Source: Dehalococcoidia bacterium (lineage in GTDB: Bacteria; Chloroflexota; Dehalococcoidia; Lucifugimonadales; UBA2985). From it: a stretch of 64,000 nt of DNA. Within the stretch, counting starts at the first letter, position 1. Every line of letters starts with the position of its first letter. Of this stretch, positions 25,666 through 37,312 are shown piece after piece. The notes under the pieces were generated by a model, which searched no databases, had not been told where the DNA came from, and was given only the letters and a program-made list of their open reading frames with translations. Location of the stretch: the NCBI GenBank assembly GCA_965204895.1, contig OZ242025.1, forward strand, positions 1,884,572 to 1,948,571, given 5' to 3'. Made by a program: the position numbers and the translations under genes.

Positions 25666-25690
25666 AAGCCCGCACCTTAGAGGCGGGCTT
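25666..25690 (+). terminator. Hairpin after the 5S rRNA
   Basis: AAGCCCGC-N9-GCGGGCTT with a weak T tract after it. Confidence 0.4.
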
Positions 25691-25902
25691 AACCTTTATA
25701 AGGGGCCTTGAGAATCCTTACAGATATTCAAGGGTATTCCTTCAGCAGTAGAGATGTGTTAAAATATTCACAACTTTGCTTCCCCCCGCCAATCCTTCCA
25801 AACATCCGTAGAGGGTAGCACCTTTACATGGTATTCCCTGGAGACATATAATTGAGCTTAGGGAAAGCAACGGAAGCAGCATAGATAGAAAGAGCAGTTG
25901 CA

Positions 25903-27006
25903 GTGTCTACAGAAATAAGCGCCCCCGTCGAAAACATGGAAGCCCTTCTCAAGGAAGCGGACCTGGTCAAGGTGGTTCGGCGAGGCGAGATAGTCCAAGG
26001 CATTATCATGCGGGTCGACCAGGATGGTATCCTGGTCAGCATTGGAAACAAGTCCGAAGGCGTTGTCCCCTCCCGGGAGATGCGCTCCATATCCGAAGAG
26101 GAGATGACCTCCCTCAAGGTGGGGGAAGAGATCACGACCAGGGTGCTTGAGGCCGAAAGCGAAAGCGGTTCCGCCATCCTCTCCGTAGACAAGGCGCGTG
26201 AGGAGGTGGGCTGGCAGGAAGTTGAGAAGAAGTTCAGCGACGGCGAGTGTGTGGAGGCCGTGATAACCGGGCACAACCGCGGTGGGGTCCTTGTTGAGGT
26301 GAACGGCCTGAAGGGCTTTATCCCCATTTCCCACGTAGGCGGGTTCCAGGGTGGCCCGGACGGAGTTCGTGAGGAGGAGTTGGAGGGTCGCGTGGGTGAG
26401 CGGGTGGAGCTCAAGATACTTGAAGTTGACCGCTCCCGGAAGCGGGCTATATTCTCGGAGAAGGCGCTGCTCCAGGAGCGGCGGGAGTCGCAGAAGGAGC
26501 GGATTCTCCAGGAGCTGCAGGAGGGAGAGGTGCGGAAGGGCAAGGTGTCGGGAGTCTGCGACTTCGGCGCGTTCGTCGACCTTGGAGGAGCGGACGGCCT
26601 GGTGCACATCTCAGAGCTGTCCTGGGAGCCTGTGAGGGCTACGGAAGACGTGGTGAAGGTGGGGGATGAGCTTGAAGTGTACGTGATGAAGGTCGACCAG
26701 GACACCAAGCGCATCGCCCTTAGCCTTCGGCGGCTGGGGCCGGCCCCGTGGGACACCGTGCTGGAGCGATACCAGGTTGACCAGCTGGTTGAGGGCACGA
26801 TAACCAAGCTGACCAACTTCGGCGCTTTCGCTCGCATAGAGGGGTCTCTGGAAGGACTTATTCACATCTCGGAACTGAGCCACAATATGATTCAACATCC
26901 CAAGGAGGTTGTCAGGGAAGGGGAGGTCTTCACCTTGAGGATACTGAAGATAGAGCCTGAGCGGAGGCGACTGGCGCTCAGCCTTAAGAGGGCGGAGGAG
27001 ATTTAG
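25903..27006 (+). CDS. rpsA: 30S ribosomal protein S1
   Basis: 367 aa with a GTG start and four S1 (OB) repeats, for example GKVSGVCDFGAFVDLGGADGLVHISEL and GTITKLTNFGAFARIEGSLEGLIHISEL. Confidence 0.85.
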   Translation: MSTEISAPVENMEALLKEADLVKVVRRGEIVQGIIMRVDQDGILVSIGNKSEGVVPSREMRSISEEEMTSLKVGEEITTRVLEAESESGSAILSVDKAREEVGWQEVEKKFSDGECVEAVITGHNRGGVLVEVNGLKGFIPISHVGGFQGGPDGVREEELEGRVGERVELKILEVDRSRKRAIFSEKALLQERRESQKERILQELQEGEVRKGKVSGVCDFGAFVDLGGADGLVHISELSWEPVRATEDVVKVGDELEVYVMKVDQDTKRIALSLRRLGPAPWDTVLERYQVDQLVEGTITKLTNFGAFARIEGSLEGLIHISELSHNMIQHPKEVVREGEVFTLRILKIEPERRRLALSLKRAEEI

Positions 27007-27057
27007 GCAGAGGTAGATAGTTCCGCCTGGAAGATCGTTCACGATAGGGAGACAGCC

Positions 27058-29526
27058 ATGACCAGCAGATTTGAGAAATTCTCAGAGAGAGCCCGGAGGG
27101 TGCTATCGCTGGCACAGGAAGAGGCCCAGCGGTTCAACCACAACTACATTGGCACGGAGCACATCCTTCTCGGCCTTGTGCGAGAGACGGAGGGTGTAGC
27201 AGCCCGCGTCCTGTCCAATCTGGGGGTAGAGCTGAGCAAGATCCGGTCTGCGGTGGAGTTCATTATCGGGCGCGGCGAGAGGCACACCCCCGGCGAGATT
27301 GGCCTCACTCCCAGGGCGAAGAAGGTCATAGAACTGGCCGTCGATGAGGCGCGCCGGCTGAACCATCACTACATTGGCACTGAGCACGTGCTCATCGGCC
27401 TTATGCGCGAGGGCGAAGGCGTCGCGGCGGGCGTGCTGGAGAGCCTGGGCGTAACCCTGGACAGAGTCCGGGCGGAGACCAGCCGCATCCTCAGCCAGAG
27501 CGTGGGCCAGGAGCGCGGCGGCTCCTCCAAGGCGACCACCCGCACTCCTACCTTGGACCAGATGGGCGTCGACATTACCAGCGCGGCCCGCGCGGGCAAG
27601 CTGGACCCGGTGGTCGGCAGGGAGAAGGAGATCCAGAGGGTCGTCCAGATACTCAACCGGCGCACGAAGAACAATCCCGTTCTCATTGGCGAGCCTGGCG
27701 TTGGCAAGACCGCCATCGTGGAGGCACTTGCCCAGCGCATCATCAACGGGGACGTGCCGGAGAACCTGCAGGGCAAGCGGCTGGTAACCCTGGACATGGG
27801 TTCCCTGGTTGCAGGCACCAAGTACAGGGGCGAGTTTGAGGAGAGGCTGAAGAAGATTCTGGAGGAGATACGCGGCTCAGGCATCTGCGTTCTCTTCATC
27901 GACGAGATACACACTATGGTTGGCGCCGGAGCAGCCGAGGGCGCGGTGGACGCTGCGGACATCCTGAAGCCGGCCCTCTCACGGGGAGAGATTCAGACCA
28001 TCGGCGCGACCACTTTCGACGACTACCGCAAGCACGTTGAGAAGGACAAGGCCCTGGAGCGCAGGCTCCAGCCCGTCTACGTGGAAGAGCCTTCTATGGA
28101 AGACACCGTCGAGATACTTCGCGGGGTCAAAGGCCGCTACGAGGAGCACCATCGGCTCACCATTTCGGACGAGGCGCTGCAATCGGCGGCGACCCTGGCG
28201 TCCCGCTACATCGCCGACCGCTTCCTGCCGGACAAGGCAATAGACCTCATCGACGAGGCGTCCTCCCGGGTTCGCATTCGCAGCAGTTCCATGCCCCTCT
28301 CGGTGAAGGAGTCCATGAAGGCCCTTGAGAGCGTGCGGCGGGAGAAGGACGAGGCTCTTGCCAACCAGGAGTACGAGTACGCCGCCGAGATGCGGGACCG
28401 GGAGCTCAAGCTGGCAGACAAGCTTGAAGGAATGGAGAAGGAGTGGGAGACGGAGAAGGACGGGAGCGACGTGGTGGTGACCGAGGAGGACGTTGAGGAG
28501 GTGGTGAGCATGTGGACGGGCATCCCCATTGCCCGCCTGGCCATGGAGGACGCCGAGCGTCTTCTGCACATGGAGCAGGCCCTTCACGACAGGATTATAG
28601 GCCAGGACGAGGCCATCACCGTGGTCTCCAAGGCCGTGCGCCGCGCCAGGGCCGGGGTCAAGGACCCGCGCAGGCCCATTGGCAGCTTCATCTTCCTGGG
28701 GCCCACGGGCGTCGGCAAGACGGCGCTGGTGAGGACGCTGGCGGAGTTCATGTTCGGCAGCGAGGAGGCGATGATTCGCCTGGACATGTCGGAGTTCATG
28801 GAGCGGCACTCCGTGGCCCGGCTCGTGGGCGCGCCTCCGGGCTACGTTGGCTACGACGAGGGCGGACAGCTCACGGAGACCGTGCGTCGCCGCTCATACT
28901 GCGCCATTCTCCTGGACGAGATCGAGAAGGCCCACCCGGACGTATTCAACATTCTGCTCCAGATATTCGATGACGGCCACCTGACGGACGCCAAGGGCCG
29001 CAGGGTCGACTTCCGCAACTCCATCATCGTGATGACCAGCAACCTCGGCTCGGACCTGATCAAGCGGGACACGGCAATGGGTTTCGCTATGAAGACGGAC
29101 GAGGCCCAGACCAACGAGCAGCAGTATGGTCGGATGAAGGACAAGGTGATGGAGGAGGTGAAGCGCTCCTTCAGGCCTGAGTTCCTCAACCGCATTGACG
29201 GCACGGTGGTCTTCCACGCCCTGAACAAGGACCACATCCTTGAGATTGTGGAGCTTATGCTCCGTGACGTGCACGACCAGCTGCTCAAGGACAAGAACAT
29301 TGAGATGGAGGTGTCCTCAGAGGCCAAGAACCTTCTGGCGGACAGGGGTTACGACCCCAACTTCGGCGCAAGGCCGCTCCGCAGGGTCATCCAGGACGAG
29401 ATTGAGGACCGGCTGTCCGAAGAGCTGCTGACCAGCCACATGCAGGCGGGGGACACGGTGGTAGTGGACGTGGAGGACGACCATTTCGTCGTCCGCACCA
29501 AGGTGGCGGCCCTTCCCGCGGGCTAG
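27058..29526 (+). CDS. clpC: ATP-dependent Clp protease ATP-binding subunit ClpC
   Basis: 822 aa. It has two Clp_N repeats, Walker A motifs GEPGVGKT and GPTGVGKT, and a UVR-like linker [16 protein letters not shown] that distinguishes ClpC from ClpB. Confidence 0.9.
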   Translation: MTSRFEKFSERARRVLSLAQEEAQRFNHNYIGTEHILLGLVRETEGVAARVLSNLGVELSKIRSAVEFIIGRGERHTPGEIGLTPRAKKVIELAVDEARRLNHHYIGTEHVLIGLMREGEGVAAGVLESLGVTLDRVRAETSRILSQSVGQERGGSSKATTRTPTLDQMGVDITSAARAGKLDPVVGREKEIQRVVQILNRRTKNNPVLIGEPGVGKTAIVEALAQRIINGDVPENLQGKRLVTLDMGSLVAGTKYRGEFEERLKKILEEIRGSGICVLFIDEIHTMVGAGAAEGAVDAADILKPALSRGEIQTIGATTFDDYRKHVEKDKALERRLQPVYVEEPSMEDTVEILRGVKGRYEEHHRLTISDEALQSAATLASRYIADRFLPDKAIDLIDEASSRVRIRSSSMPLSVKESMKALESVRREKDEALANQEYEYAAEMRDRELKLADKLEGMEKEWETEKDGSDVVVTEEDVEEVVSMWTGIPIARLAMEDAERLLHMEQALHDRIIGQDEAITVVSKAVRRARAGVKDPRRPIGSFIFLGPTGVGKTALVRTLAEFMFGSEEAMIRLDMSEFMERHSVARLVGAPPGYVGYDEGGQLTETVRRRSYCAILLDEIEKAHPDVFNILLQIFDDGHLTDAKGRRVDFRNSIIVMTSNLGSDLIKRDTAMGFAMKTDEAQTNEQQYGRMKDKVMEEVKRSFRPEFLNRIDGTVVFHALNKDHILEIVELMLRDVHDQLLKDKNIEMEVSSEAKNLLADRGYDPNFGARPLRRVIQDEIEDRLSEELLTSHMQAGDTVVVDVEDDHFVVRTKVAALPAG

Positions 29527-29576
29527 GGCAGGCTGAGTACGGGCGCGCATTACGGTCCCGATTCAGGTTAGCATCC

Positions 29577-29668
29577 GTCATTTCCGCGCAGGCGGGAATC
29601 TACGCACCGTCCTTTCTGGATTCTGGCCCCGTATCGGAGTATGGGACATGCTTTCGCCGGAATGACGG
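29577..29668. repeat. REP-like hairpin units
   Basis: GTCATTTCCGC-GCAG-GCGGGAATC (arms with one mismatch), plus the half unit TTCGCCGGAATGACGG. Confidence 0.6.
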
Positions 29669-29752
29669 TGGAATCGCTTCATTGAGAAATACACCAGCCT
29701 TATGCGTGCCCTGCGTCTCTGCTAGAATCGCCGCGCGTCAGGTGAGAGCCTT

Positions 29753-31126
29753 ATGAGCAGAGAGCAGTTGCGTACAGTCTACTCTTGCGGGGAGTGCGGC
29801 GCGGAGGCCCTGAGATGGGAGGGGCGCTGCCCCTCCTGCGGCGAGTGGAACACGCTGACAGAGGTCCCGCGCAAACCCGCCGGAGGCAACAGCTCATGGC
29901 TGTCTGCCAACTCTGAAGCTCCCCAAGAGCTCTCTGAAGTCACGTTGGAGCAGTGGCCCAGGATACCCCTGGCCCTGGGCGAGTTCAACCGCGTCCTCGG
30001 TGGTGGCCTTGTGAGGGGATCGCTGGTGCTTGTGGGTGGCGACCCGGGCGTCGGCAAGTCCACGCTGCTACTGCAAGTTAGCGGCGCGCTTGCCGAGCAA
30101 GCAGGCCCCGTCCTCTATGTATCCGGCGAGGAGTCCCTTCAGCAGATCAAGCTCAGGGCGGACCGGCTTGGCATTGAAGGCCAGGGGCTTCACGTCCTGG
30201 CAGAAACGGATATGAACTCCGTTCTTCACCATCTGGACGGCCTTTCTCCAGCAGTGGCGGTTATAGACTCCATCCAGTCTATGGAGTTCCCGGAGCAGCC
30301 CGGCGGGCCCGGGGCTATCGGCCAGGTCAGGGAGTGCGGGCTTGCCCTGCTGCGGTGGGCCAAGGCCAGGGGCGTTCCCACCTTTGTCACGGGCCACGTG
30401 ACCAAGGAGGGCAGCCTTGCCGGGCCAATGGCGCTTGAGCACATGGTGGACTTAGTGCTGCACCTGGAGGGAGACAACCTTGGGTCGTACAGGCTGCTCC
30501 GCGGCGACAAGAACCGCTTCGGCTCCACGAACGAGATAGGCGTGTTCGAGATGCGGGACGGCGGCCTGACCGAGGTGCCCAACCCATCGGAGATAGCCCT
30601 GGCCAGCCGGGGCCGGAACGCCGTTGGATCTGTGATAGTGCCGGTAATGGAGGGCACGAGGCCCCTGCTGGTGGAGATTCAAGCCCTCACCACACCGTCG
30701 TCGCTGCCTGCGCCCCGGCGGGTGGCAAACGGCGTCGACATGAGCCGCCTTCTGATGACCATCGCCGTGCTGGTAAAAAGGGCCGGGGTCTATCTGTCCT
30801 CCCAGGACATCATCGTCAACGTGGCGGGAGGGTTCAGGGCCATGGAGCCGGCGGCGGACCTTGGCATGGCGCTGGCCCTCGCCTCCAGCGTGAAGAATGT
30901 TCCTATGCCAGAGGGCATGGCGGCGTTGGGGGAGGTGGGACTTGGCGGAGAGCTGCGAAGCGTCGCCAACGTCCCCCGGCGTCTGGGGGAGTTGAGCCAC
31001 ATGGGTTTCGACAAGTGCCTTGTGCCGGAGTCCGCTCTTCAGTCGGTGGAGACGCCCCGTGGGATGAAGGTGGCCACTGCCGGGACGCTTGCAGAGGCCC
31101 TGGGGCTGGCGCTTAGGACACCCTGA
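29753..31126 (+). CDS. radA: DNA repair protein RadA/Sms
   Basis: C4 zinc finger CGECGAEALRWEGRCPSCGEW, Walker A GDPGVGKST, the KNRFG motif and a Lon-protease-like C-terminal domain. Confidence 0.9.
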   Translation: MSREQLRTVYSCGECGAEALRWEGRCPSCGEWNTLTEVPRKPAGGNSSWLSANSEAPQELSEVTLEQWPRIPLALGEFNRVLGGGLVRGSLVLVGGDPGVGKSTLLLQVSGALAEQAGPVLYVSGEESLQQIKLRADRLGIEGQGLHVLAETDMNSVLHHLDGLSPAVAVIDSIQSMEFPEQPGGPGAIGQVRECGLALLRWAKARGVPTFVTGHVTKEGSLAGPMALEHMVDLVLHLEGDNLGSYRLLRGDKNRFGSTNEIGVFEMRDGGLTEVPNPSEIALASRGRNAVGSVIVPVMEGTRPLLVEIQALTTPSSLPAPRRVANGVDMSRLLMTIAVLVKRAGVYLSSQDIIVNVAGGFRAMEPAADLGMALALASSVKNVPMPEGMAALGEVGLGGELRSVANVPRRLGELSHMGFDKCLVPESALQSVETPRGMKVATAGTLAEALGLALRTP

Positions 31127-31326
31127 GGTATATCCGCAGTTGCCCCTTGCTCCAAGTCCCGCCCGGCTAGCCCTGGAGGAGACAAGGGCTGATATAATGA
31201 ATAGCAAAGAGGTAGAGGGGTTGAGGGGAAGAAAGTGGTATGAGAAGGTGGAAGGGGCATTGCCCGAAACCTCTGTGGCTTCGGCTATCTGGTTGAAGCC
31301 CCGGCAACCGAAGGTGAGGTGACGTC

Positions 31327-31575
31327 ATGACGGACTGGAGCAAGTGCCCGGCAGTGGAAAGCGTACCCGGCAGGTTGAGCGGAGCCTGGGTGTTCACCGG
31401 CACCAGGCTGCCCGTGTCAAGCCTCTTTGAAAACCTGGAGAGCGGAGCCACAGTGAAGGAATACGTGGAATGGTTCGATGGGGCGGAGGAGTGGAAGGTC
31501 AGGGCCGTATTGAAGCACGTGACCGATTCCCTGAAGGCAGCGGTCCCGGCAGGGAGCCTTGAGAATCCTGTTTGA
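31327..31575 (+). CDS. DUF433-domain protein (putative antitoxin-like partner)
   Basis: GAWVFTGTRLPVSSLFENLESGATVKEYVEWF matches the DUF433 pattern. It overlaps the next gene by 17 nt. Confidence 0.6.
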   Translation: MTDWSKCPAVESVPGRLSGAWVFTGTRLPVSSLFENLESGATVKEYVEWFDGAEEWKVRAVLKHVTDSLKAAVPAGSLENPV

Positions 31576-31882
31576 CCAGGGAACCCCAAGGCTGATGTCG
31601 CTCCGGAATGTTCTTCCCGAACACACGGTGGACACCTCCGCTGGGAGAGGGTGGTCGGAGTTGAGCAACGGCGACCTGCTGGATATTGCGGAGAGTGAGG
31701 GGTACGAGCTTTTGATTACCACCGACCAGAATATACGGTATCAGCAAGACCTCGCGGGCAGACGGCTGGCCGTCATTGTACTGCTTTCTACCGCGTGGCC
31801 TTACGCCCGTTCGAGAACAGAGGACATCCGCGCTGCCATTAACGAGATACAGCCGGGTGAGTTGAGAGAGATCCCTATCTGA
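31559..31882 (+). CDS. DUF5615/PIN-like domain protein (putative toxin-like partner)
   Basis: MRILFDQGTP…LLITTDQNIRYQQ is typical of the PIN-like DUF5615 family, which is usually paired with DUF433. Confidence 0.55.
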   Translation: MRILFDQGTPRLMSLRNVLPEHTVDTSAGRGWSELSNGDLLDIAESEGYELLITTDQNIRYQQDLAGRRLAVIVLLSTAWPYARSRTEDIRAAINEIQPGELREIPI

Positions 31883-31961
31883 ATGATGAATAATTATAGC
31901 GCGACCCGCGCTTGCGGGGAGAGAAGCAGAGCAAGTTCTGCTATACTTCCAGAGGATACAC

Positions 31962-32804
31962 ATGGAGAAGGGTATGGCCGTAGATAGCGAAGCGTTGCAA
32001 GAGAAGCTGGACCTGCTTGAGGGCATCCTGCGGGATATGGGCTCTGTCATAGTGGCCTACTCCGGCGGTGTCGACAGCACGTTCCTGGCCGCGACCGCCC
32101 ACGACGTCCTTGGAGAGCGGTGCCTGGCAGTCACCGGCTCTTCGCCCAGCATGGCGCCCGCGGACCTGGAGGAGGCCGTGGCCCTGGCCCGTGACCTGGG
32201 TCTGCGGCATCGGGTCATTGAGACCAAGGAGGTGGAGGACCCGCGCTACGTCGCCAACGACGCCCGCCGGTGTTACTTCTGCAAACTGGAGCTCTACACC
32301 TGGCTGCAGCCCATGGCCGCCAAGGAGGGGTACGACTGGATAGCCAGCGGAACCAACCTGGACGACCTGAAGGACTTCCGCCCGGGGCTGAAGGCTGGCC
32401 GGGAGTACGGCATCCGCAACCCGATGGTGGAGGCCGGGCTTACTAAGGAGGACATCCGCGCCCTCTCCAAGCGCCGCGGCCTTCCGACGTGGGACAAACC
32501 CGCGCAGCCGTGCCTGTCGTCCAGGATACCGTACGGGATGCCGGTTTCGGTGGAGGCGTTGGGCCGCATAGCGCGGGCGGAGGCGTGCCTGAAGGATTTG
32601 GGACTGCGGGAGTTCAGGGTGCGCCACCACGACGCAATCGCACGAATTGAGGTGGGGCCGGAAGACATGGCTCAACTGCTGGAGCCTGGGGTACGGGAGA
32701 GGCTGGTGTCGGATTTGAGGGCGCTGGGCTACCTGTACGTCACCCTGGATCTGGACGGTTTCCGCACGGGCAGCCTCAACGCCGCTCTAAAGATCAAGTC
32801 CTGA
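31962..32804 (+). CDS. larE: ATP-dependent sacrificial sulfur transferase LarE (PP-loop ATPase)
   Basis: PP-loop VAYSGGVDSTFLA and the conserved Cys motif AQPCLSSRIPYG. Confidence 0.75.
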   Translation: MEKGMAVDSEALQEKLDLLEGILRDMGSVIVAYSGGVDSTFLAATAHDVLGERCLAVTGSSPSMAPADLEEAVALARDLGLRHRVIETKEVEDPRYVANDARRCYFCKLELYTWLQPMAAKEGYDWIASGTNLDDLKDFRPGLKAGREYGIRNPMVEAGLTKEDIRALSKRRGLPTWDKPAQPCLSSRIPYGMPVSVEALGRIARAEACLKDLGLREFRVRHHDAIARIEVGPEDMAQLLEPGVRERLVSDLRALGYLYVTLDLDGFRTGSLNAALKIKS

Positions 32805-32824
32805 TGTTAACCATAGGCCGGGAC

Positions 32825-33007
32825 TCAGGCGGCCTTCTTGATGACCTTGTCCCTGTTGTGTCTGACGGCGCCTTGGCGGCGCGCTCGCGGGGCAGGGGCC
32901 AGGTCCTCCATATGCCCGCACTGAATGCACTGCTTGTACTGGCCGTAGAAGTCTCTATCAAAATAGAGATCTCCGCGACACCGAGGGCACGCTTTCAGTA
33001 GTAACAT
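32825..33007 (-). CDS. Small zinc-ribbon protein
   Basis: Internal ATG (codon 76 of track ORF 32825-33232) with a GGGAGG RBS. The product MLLLKACPRCRGDLYFDRDFYGQYKQCIQCGH has two CxxC pairs. Confidence 0.5.
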   Translation of the reverse strand: MLLLKACPRCRGDLYFDRDFYGQYKQCIQCGHMEDLAPAPRARRQGAVRHNRDKVIKKAA

Positions 33008-33211
33008 GGTATTTTGCCTCCCTTCGATGTGATTTATCCGATTCTCAGGTCTCTCTCCGATACACCCACTTTTTAGCAGAATATCTTGAAGAGAGTGTGA
33101 AGAACGTGCATTAGCGCTCGCCTGGTTTCCATATTCCGCTGCCCTGTGTCGATTATCGACTTGAGCGAGATCTCCGTTGCTCTCCTCTATTGAGTCTAAA
33201 GGTATTATACT

Positions 33212-33242
33212 ACTTGACACGCGATGTATCAAGTCCTAGAAT
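33212..33242 (+). promoter_or_regulatory. Promoter with overlapping HAIR-like inverted repeat (HspR operator)
   Basis: TTGACA (33214-33219), N17, TAGAAT (33237-33242). The inverted repeat ACTTGA-N11-TCAAGT (33212-33234) has the core and spacing of the HAIR consensus CTTGAGT-N7-ACTCAAG. Confidence 0.6.
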
Positions 33243-33279
33243 AAAATTATCCCGGACAAGGAAAACTAAAAGTCGAAGT

Positions 33280-33837
33280 ATGCAAAGGCCAAGCCAGCGG
33301 CGTACAATGAATCCCGGCCCCGGCATACCGCCGCGACCAGGCGGCGAGGCGGGTGGCGCGATGGCGCAGCGCTCCGGCAAGCCCCCGGACCGGAGCAAGG
33401 CGGAACAAGAGCAACAGGGCCCGGCCGCCCAGGGCGACGACGTTGAGGTCACCGGTGGGGTGTACGTCATCAGCGTGGCCGCCAGGATACTGGAGATGCA
33501 CCCCCAGACGCTGCGGAAGTACGAGCGCGTGGGGCTGGTGGTCCCGTCTCGCAGCATCGGTATGCTTCGCCTGTACTCCACGGAGGACATAGTACGCCTC
33601 AGGCTCATCAAGCACATGGTGGACAACCTGGGGATGAACCTGGCCGGGGTGGAGTTCGCCCTGAAACTGCTTAGTAGAATGATCAAATTGAGGGAGAGGA
33701 TTGAGGAAACGTCCAGGGTGGATGTGCTGCACAAATCTATTTTGAGGGAAGTAGAGGAGATGCTCGTCGAGTTGGTGGGCATAACCCCCAGAGATGACAG
33801 AGACATGGAGGAACAACCCAGGAGTGAGAGTCAATGA
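33280..33837 (+). CDS. hspR: MerR-family heat-shock repressor HspR
   Basis: MerR helix-turn-helix VYVISVAARILEMHPQTLRKYERVGLVVPSRS. It lies upstream of grpE-dnaK. The start was chosen downstream of the mapped promoter and is uncertain (33280, 33307 or 33361). Confidence 0.75.
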   Translation: MQRPSQRRTMNPGPGIPPRPGGEAGGAMAQRSGKPPDRSKAEQEQQGPAAQGDDVEVTGGVYVISVAARILEMHPQTLRKYERVGLVVPSRSIGMLRLYSTEDIVRLRLIKHMVDNLGMNLAGVEFALKLLSRMIKLRERIEETSRVDVLHKSILREVEEMLVELVGITPRDDRDMEEQPRSESQ

Positions 33838-34388
33838 GCGAGGAAGAAAGAGATGAGTTGAGCCGGACAAGAGAGGGTGAAGGGGTTGGGGGCGTGAGCG
33901 ACGAGGACCTGCGGGCGCAGCTGGATGAGGCTCAGAGGGAGGCGACCCAGTTTCACGCGTTGATGCAGAGGGTCCAGGCCGACTTCGTCAACTACAAGCG
34001 GCGTATGGAGGAGGAGAGGACGGCGTTGCAGGAGCGGGCAAACGAGTCCCTTGTGCTGAGGCTGCTGCCGGTCCTGGACGACTACGAGCGGGCCCTCCAG
34101 TACGTCCCGGACGTGGAGGAGTTCCGGCCCTGGGCCGCCGGCGTGGAGCTGGTGTACCGCAATTTCAAGGGCGTGCTGGAGTCCTTTGGCGTGACGCCGA
34201 TCCAGGCCCTGGGCATGGGCTTTGACCCTATGGAGCACGAGTCCGTTTCGTACGAGTTCAGCGACGACTTCGCGGAGGGGATGGTGATGTCCGTGGTGCG
34301 GGAGGGCTACAAGCTCCACGGGCGGGTTCTTCGCCCCGCGCAGGTGACCGTATCAAGAAGAAAGGAGGGGGAGTCCCCCAGCGCGTAA
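33834..34388 (+). CDS. grpE: Nucleotide exchange factor GrpE
   Basis: 184 aa with FVNYKRRMEEER, LLPVLDDYERAL and FDPMEHESV. A 4-nt overlap with hspR is present. Confidence 0.9.
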   Translation: MSEEERDELSRTREGEGVGGVSDEDLRAQLDEAQREATQFHALMQRVQADFVNYKRRMEEERTALQERANESLVLRLLPVLDDYERALQYVPDVEEFRPWAAGVELVYRNFKGVLESFGVTPIQALGMGFDPMEHESVSYEFSDDFAEGMVMSVVREGYKLHGRVLRPAQVTVSRRKEGESPSA

Positions 34389-34418
34389 CCCTGGGACACC
34401 CCGGAGAGGAGCAATAGT

Positions 34419-36323
<1,905 letters not shown>

Positions 36324-36343
36324 GAGGCCATACTGGTAACACA

Positions 36344-36386
36344 GGGGCGCCGCATCGCAACCCGCGATGCGGCGCCCCTTTTTCTT
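36344..36386 (+). terminator. Rho-independent terminator of dnaK
   Basis: 15-bp stem GGGGCGCCGCATCGC-AACCC-GCGATGCGGCGCCCC followed by TTTTTCTT. The T tract is the IS target site. Confidence 0.85.
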
Positions 36387-36409
36387 GGGAATTATATCTT
36401 TGTGTACAC
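36387..36409. repeat. Left terminal inverted repeat of the IS (target duplication at 36379-36386)
   Basis: GGGAATTATATCTTTGTGTACAC. Its reverse complement is present at 38614-38636. Confidence 0.85.
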
Positions 36410-36415
36410 TTATTG

Positions 36416-36856
36416 CTAGGGTTGAACGTCCTCGTCCTCTGCCAACTCCCGTTCTGCCCGTCTAAGTTGTGCCTTGCGGATGATAGCATTTTCGCGTTGG
36501 CGTATGGTGTTCTTGATCGCCCCAGAGACAACTAGACCCAGGGCAACCAGGAACCCGCCTAGCAAGCTGCCAATAACCAGTGTTGTAATAACCCAATCGG
36601 GTAACGGCTCCCATAGTAGAGATACCAAGAACATCCCCGGCCAGAACAGCACATTGGTAAAGAAGAACCATGTAATAGGTCCGCAACATCCGAATACGCC
36701 TAGAGATAGTAAGCCCGCTTGTATCTTCTCGCCGCCCGTGAGTGGTGCTTTGGAGTCTGCCAAGGTGGAACCCCCTTGTGGCAAGGACTTTGGAGACTTA
36801 CCAATCACCCACAATCCAGCGTGAGCCACAAGAGGGTACGCGATGTGCCCCTGCAA
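36416..36856 (-). CDS. Hypothetical membrane protein (IS cargo)
   Basis: 146-aa ORF with hydrophobic segments (GLLSLGVFGCCGPITWFFFTNVLFWPGMFLVSLLW; VITTLVIGSLLGGFLVALGLVVSGAI) and a charged tail. The start is uncertain. Confidence 0.4.
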   Translation of the reverse strand: MQGHIAYPLVAHAGLWVIGKSPKSLPQGGSTLADSKAPLTGGEKIQAGLLSLGVFGCCGPITWFFFTNVLFWPGMFLVSLLWEPLPDWVITTLVIGSLLGGFLVALGLVVSGAIKNTIRQRENAIIRKAQLRRAERELAEDEDVQP

Positions 36857-36969
36857 ATGCTCACGCTGATAGCGTGGGAGGTGACTGGTAAGTCGCGGCG
36901 AGGGTATAATGTATGTGCTAGCCTGTCAAGTGGAAATGTGCTACTATCACGATAGTTAGGAGGGTGACT

Positions 36970-37134
36970 ATGGCGAACAAGAAACCACGAGGTCGGCCAG
37001 CCCGCCCCATGCCCCATCCCATTGACGCTGACCCTGAACACGTCGCGGAGATGGTGCTACAAGTTCCCCACAAGACGATTGAAACCCTGGTCAAGGAAGC
37101 GGAGAAGGACAATGGCGCTGGAACAACGGGTTAG
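36970..37134 (+). CDS. Small basic protein with AT-hook-like KKPRGRPARP motif (IS cargo)
   Basis: 54-aa ORF below the track cutoff: MANKKPRGRPARPMPHPIDADPEHVAEMVLQVPHKTIETLVKEAEKDNGAGTTG. An AGGAGG RBS lies 7 nt upstream, and GTGACT-N18-TATAAT lies upstream of that. Confidence 0.35.
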   Translation: MANKKPRGRPARPMPHPIDADPEHVAEMVLQVPHKTIETLVKEAEKDNGAGTTG

Positions 37135-37312
37135 TAACCTAGAAGCATGGCGCGAAGTGCAGCAGGCAAATGAACAGCACATCCTTGACTTGATTGCTCA
37201 ACAGGCAACGCTGTCCGCAAACTTTATAGCTGCAATCAATGAGTGCACAGCACGCCTCGACCGAATCGAGGCATTATTGCAAGACGCCAATGCTCAGAAT
37301 GGCACAGGCTAG
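37112..37312 (+). CDS. Small predicted coiled-coil protein (IS cargo)
   Basis: Internal ATG of track ORF 37022-37312, giving MALEQRVSNLEAWREVQQANEQHILDLIAQQATLSANFIAAINECTARLDRIEALLQD. It overlaps the previous small ORF by 23 nt. Confidence 0.3.
   Translation: MALEQRVSNLEAWREVQQANEQHILDLIAQQATLSANFIAAINECTARLDRIEALLQDANAQNGTG

Noticed and set aside
31089-31322. 77-aa ORF between radA and the DUF433 gene.
   Set aside because: It overlaps the radA 3' end, has no RBS and shows no motif. The region more plausibly holds the extended -10 promoter (TGATATAAT) of the DUF433/DUF5615 pair.
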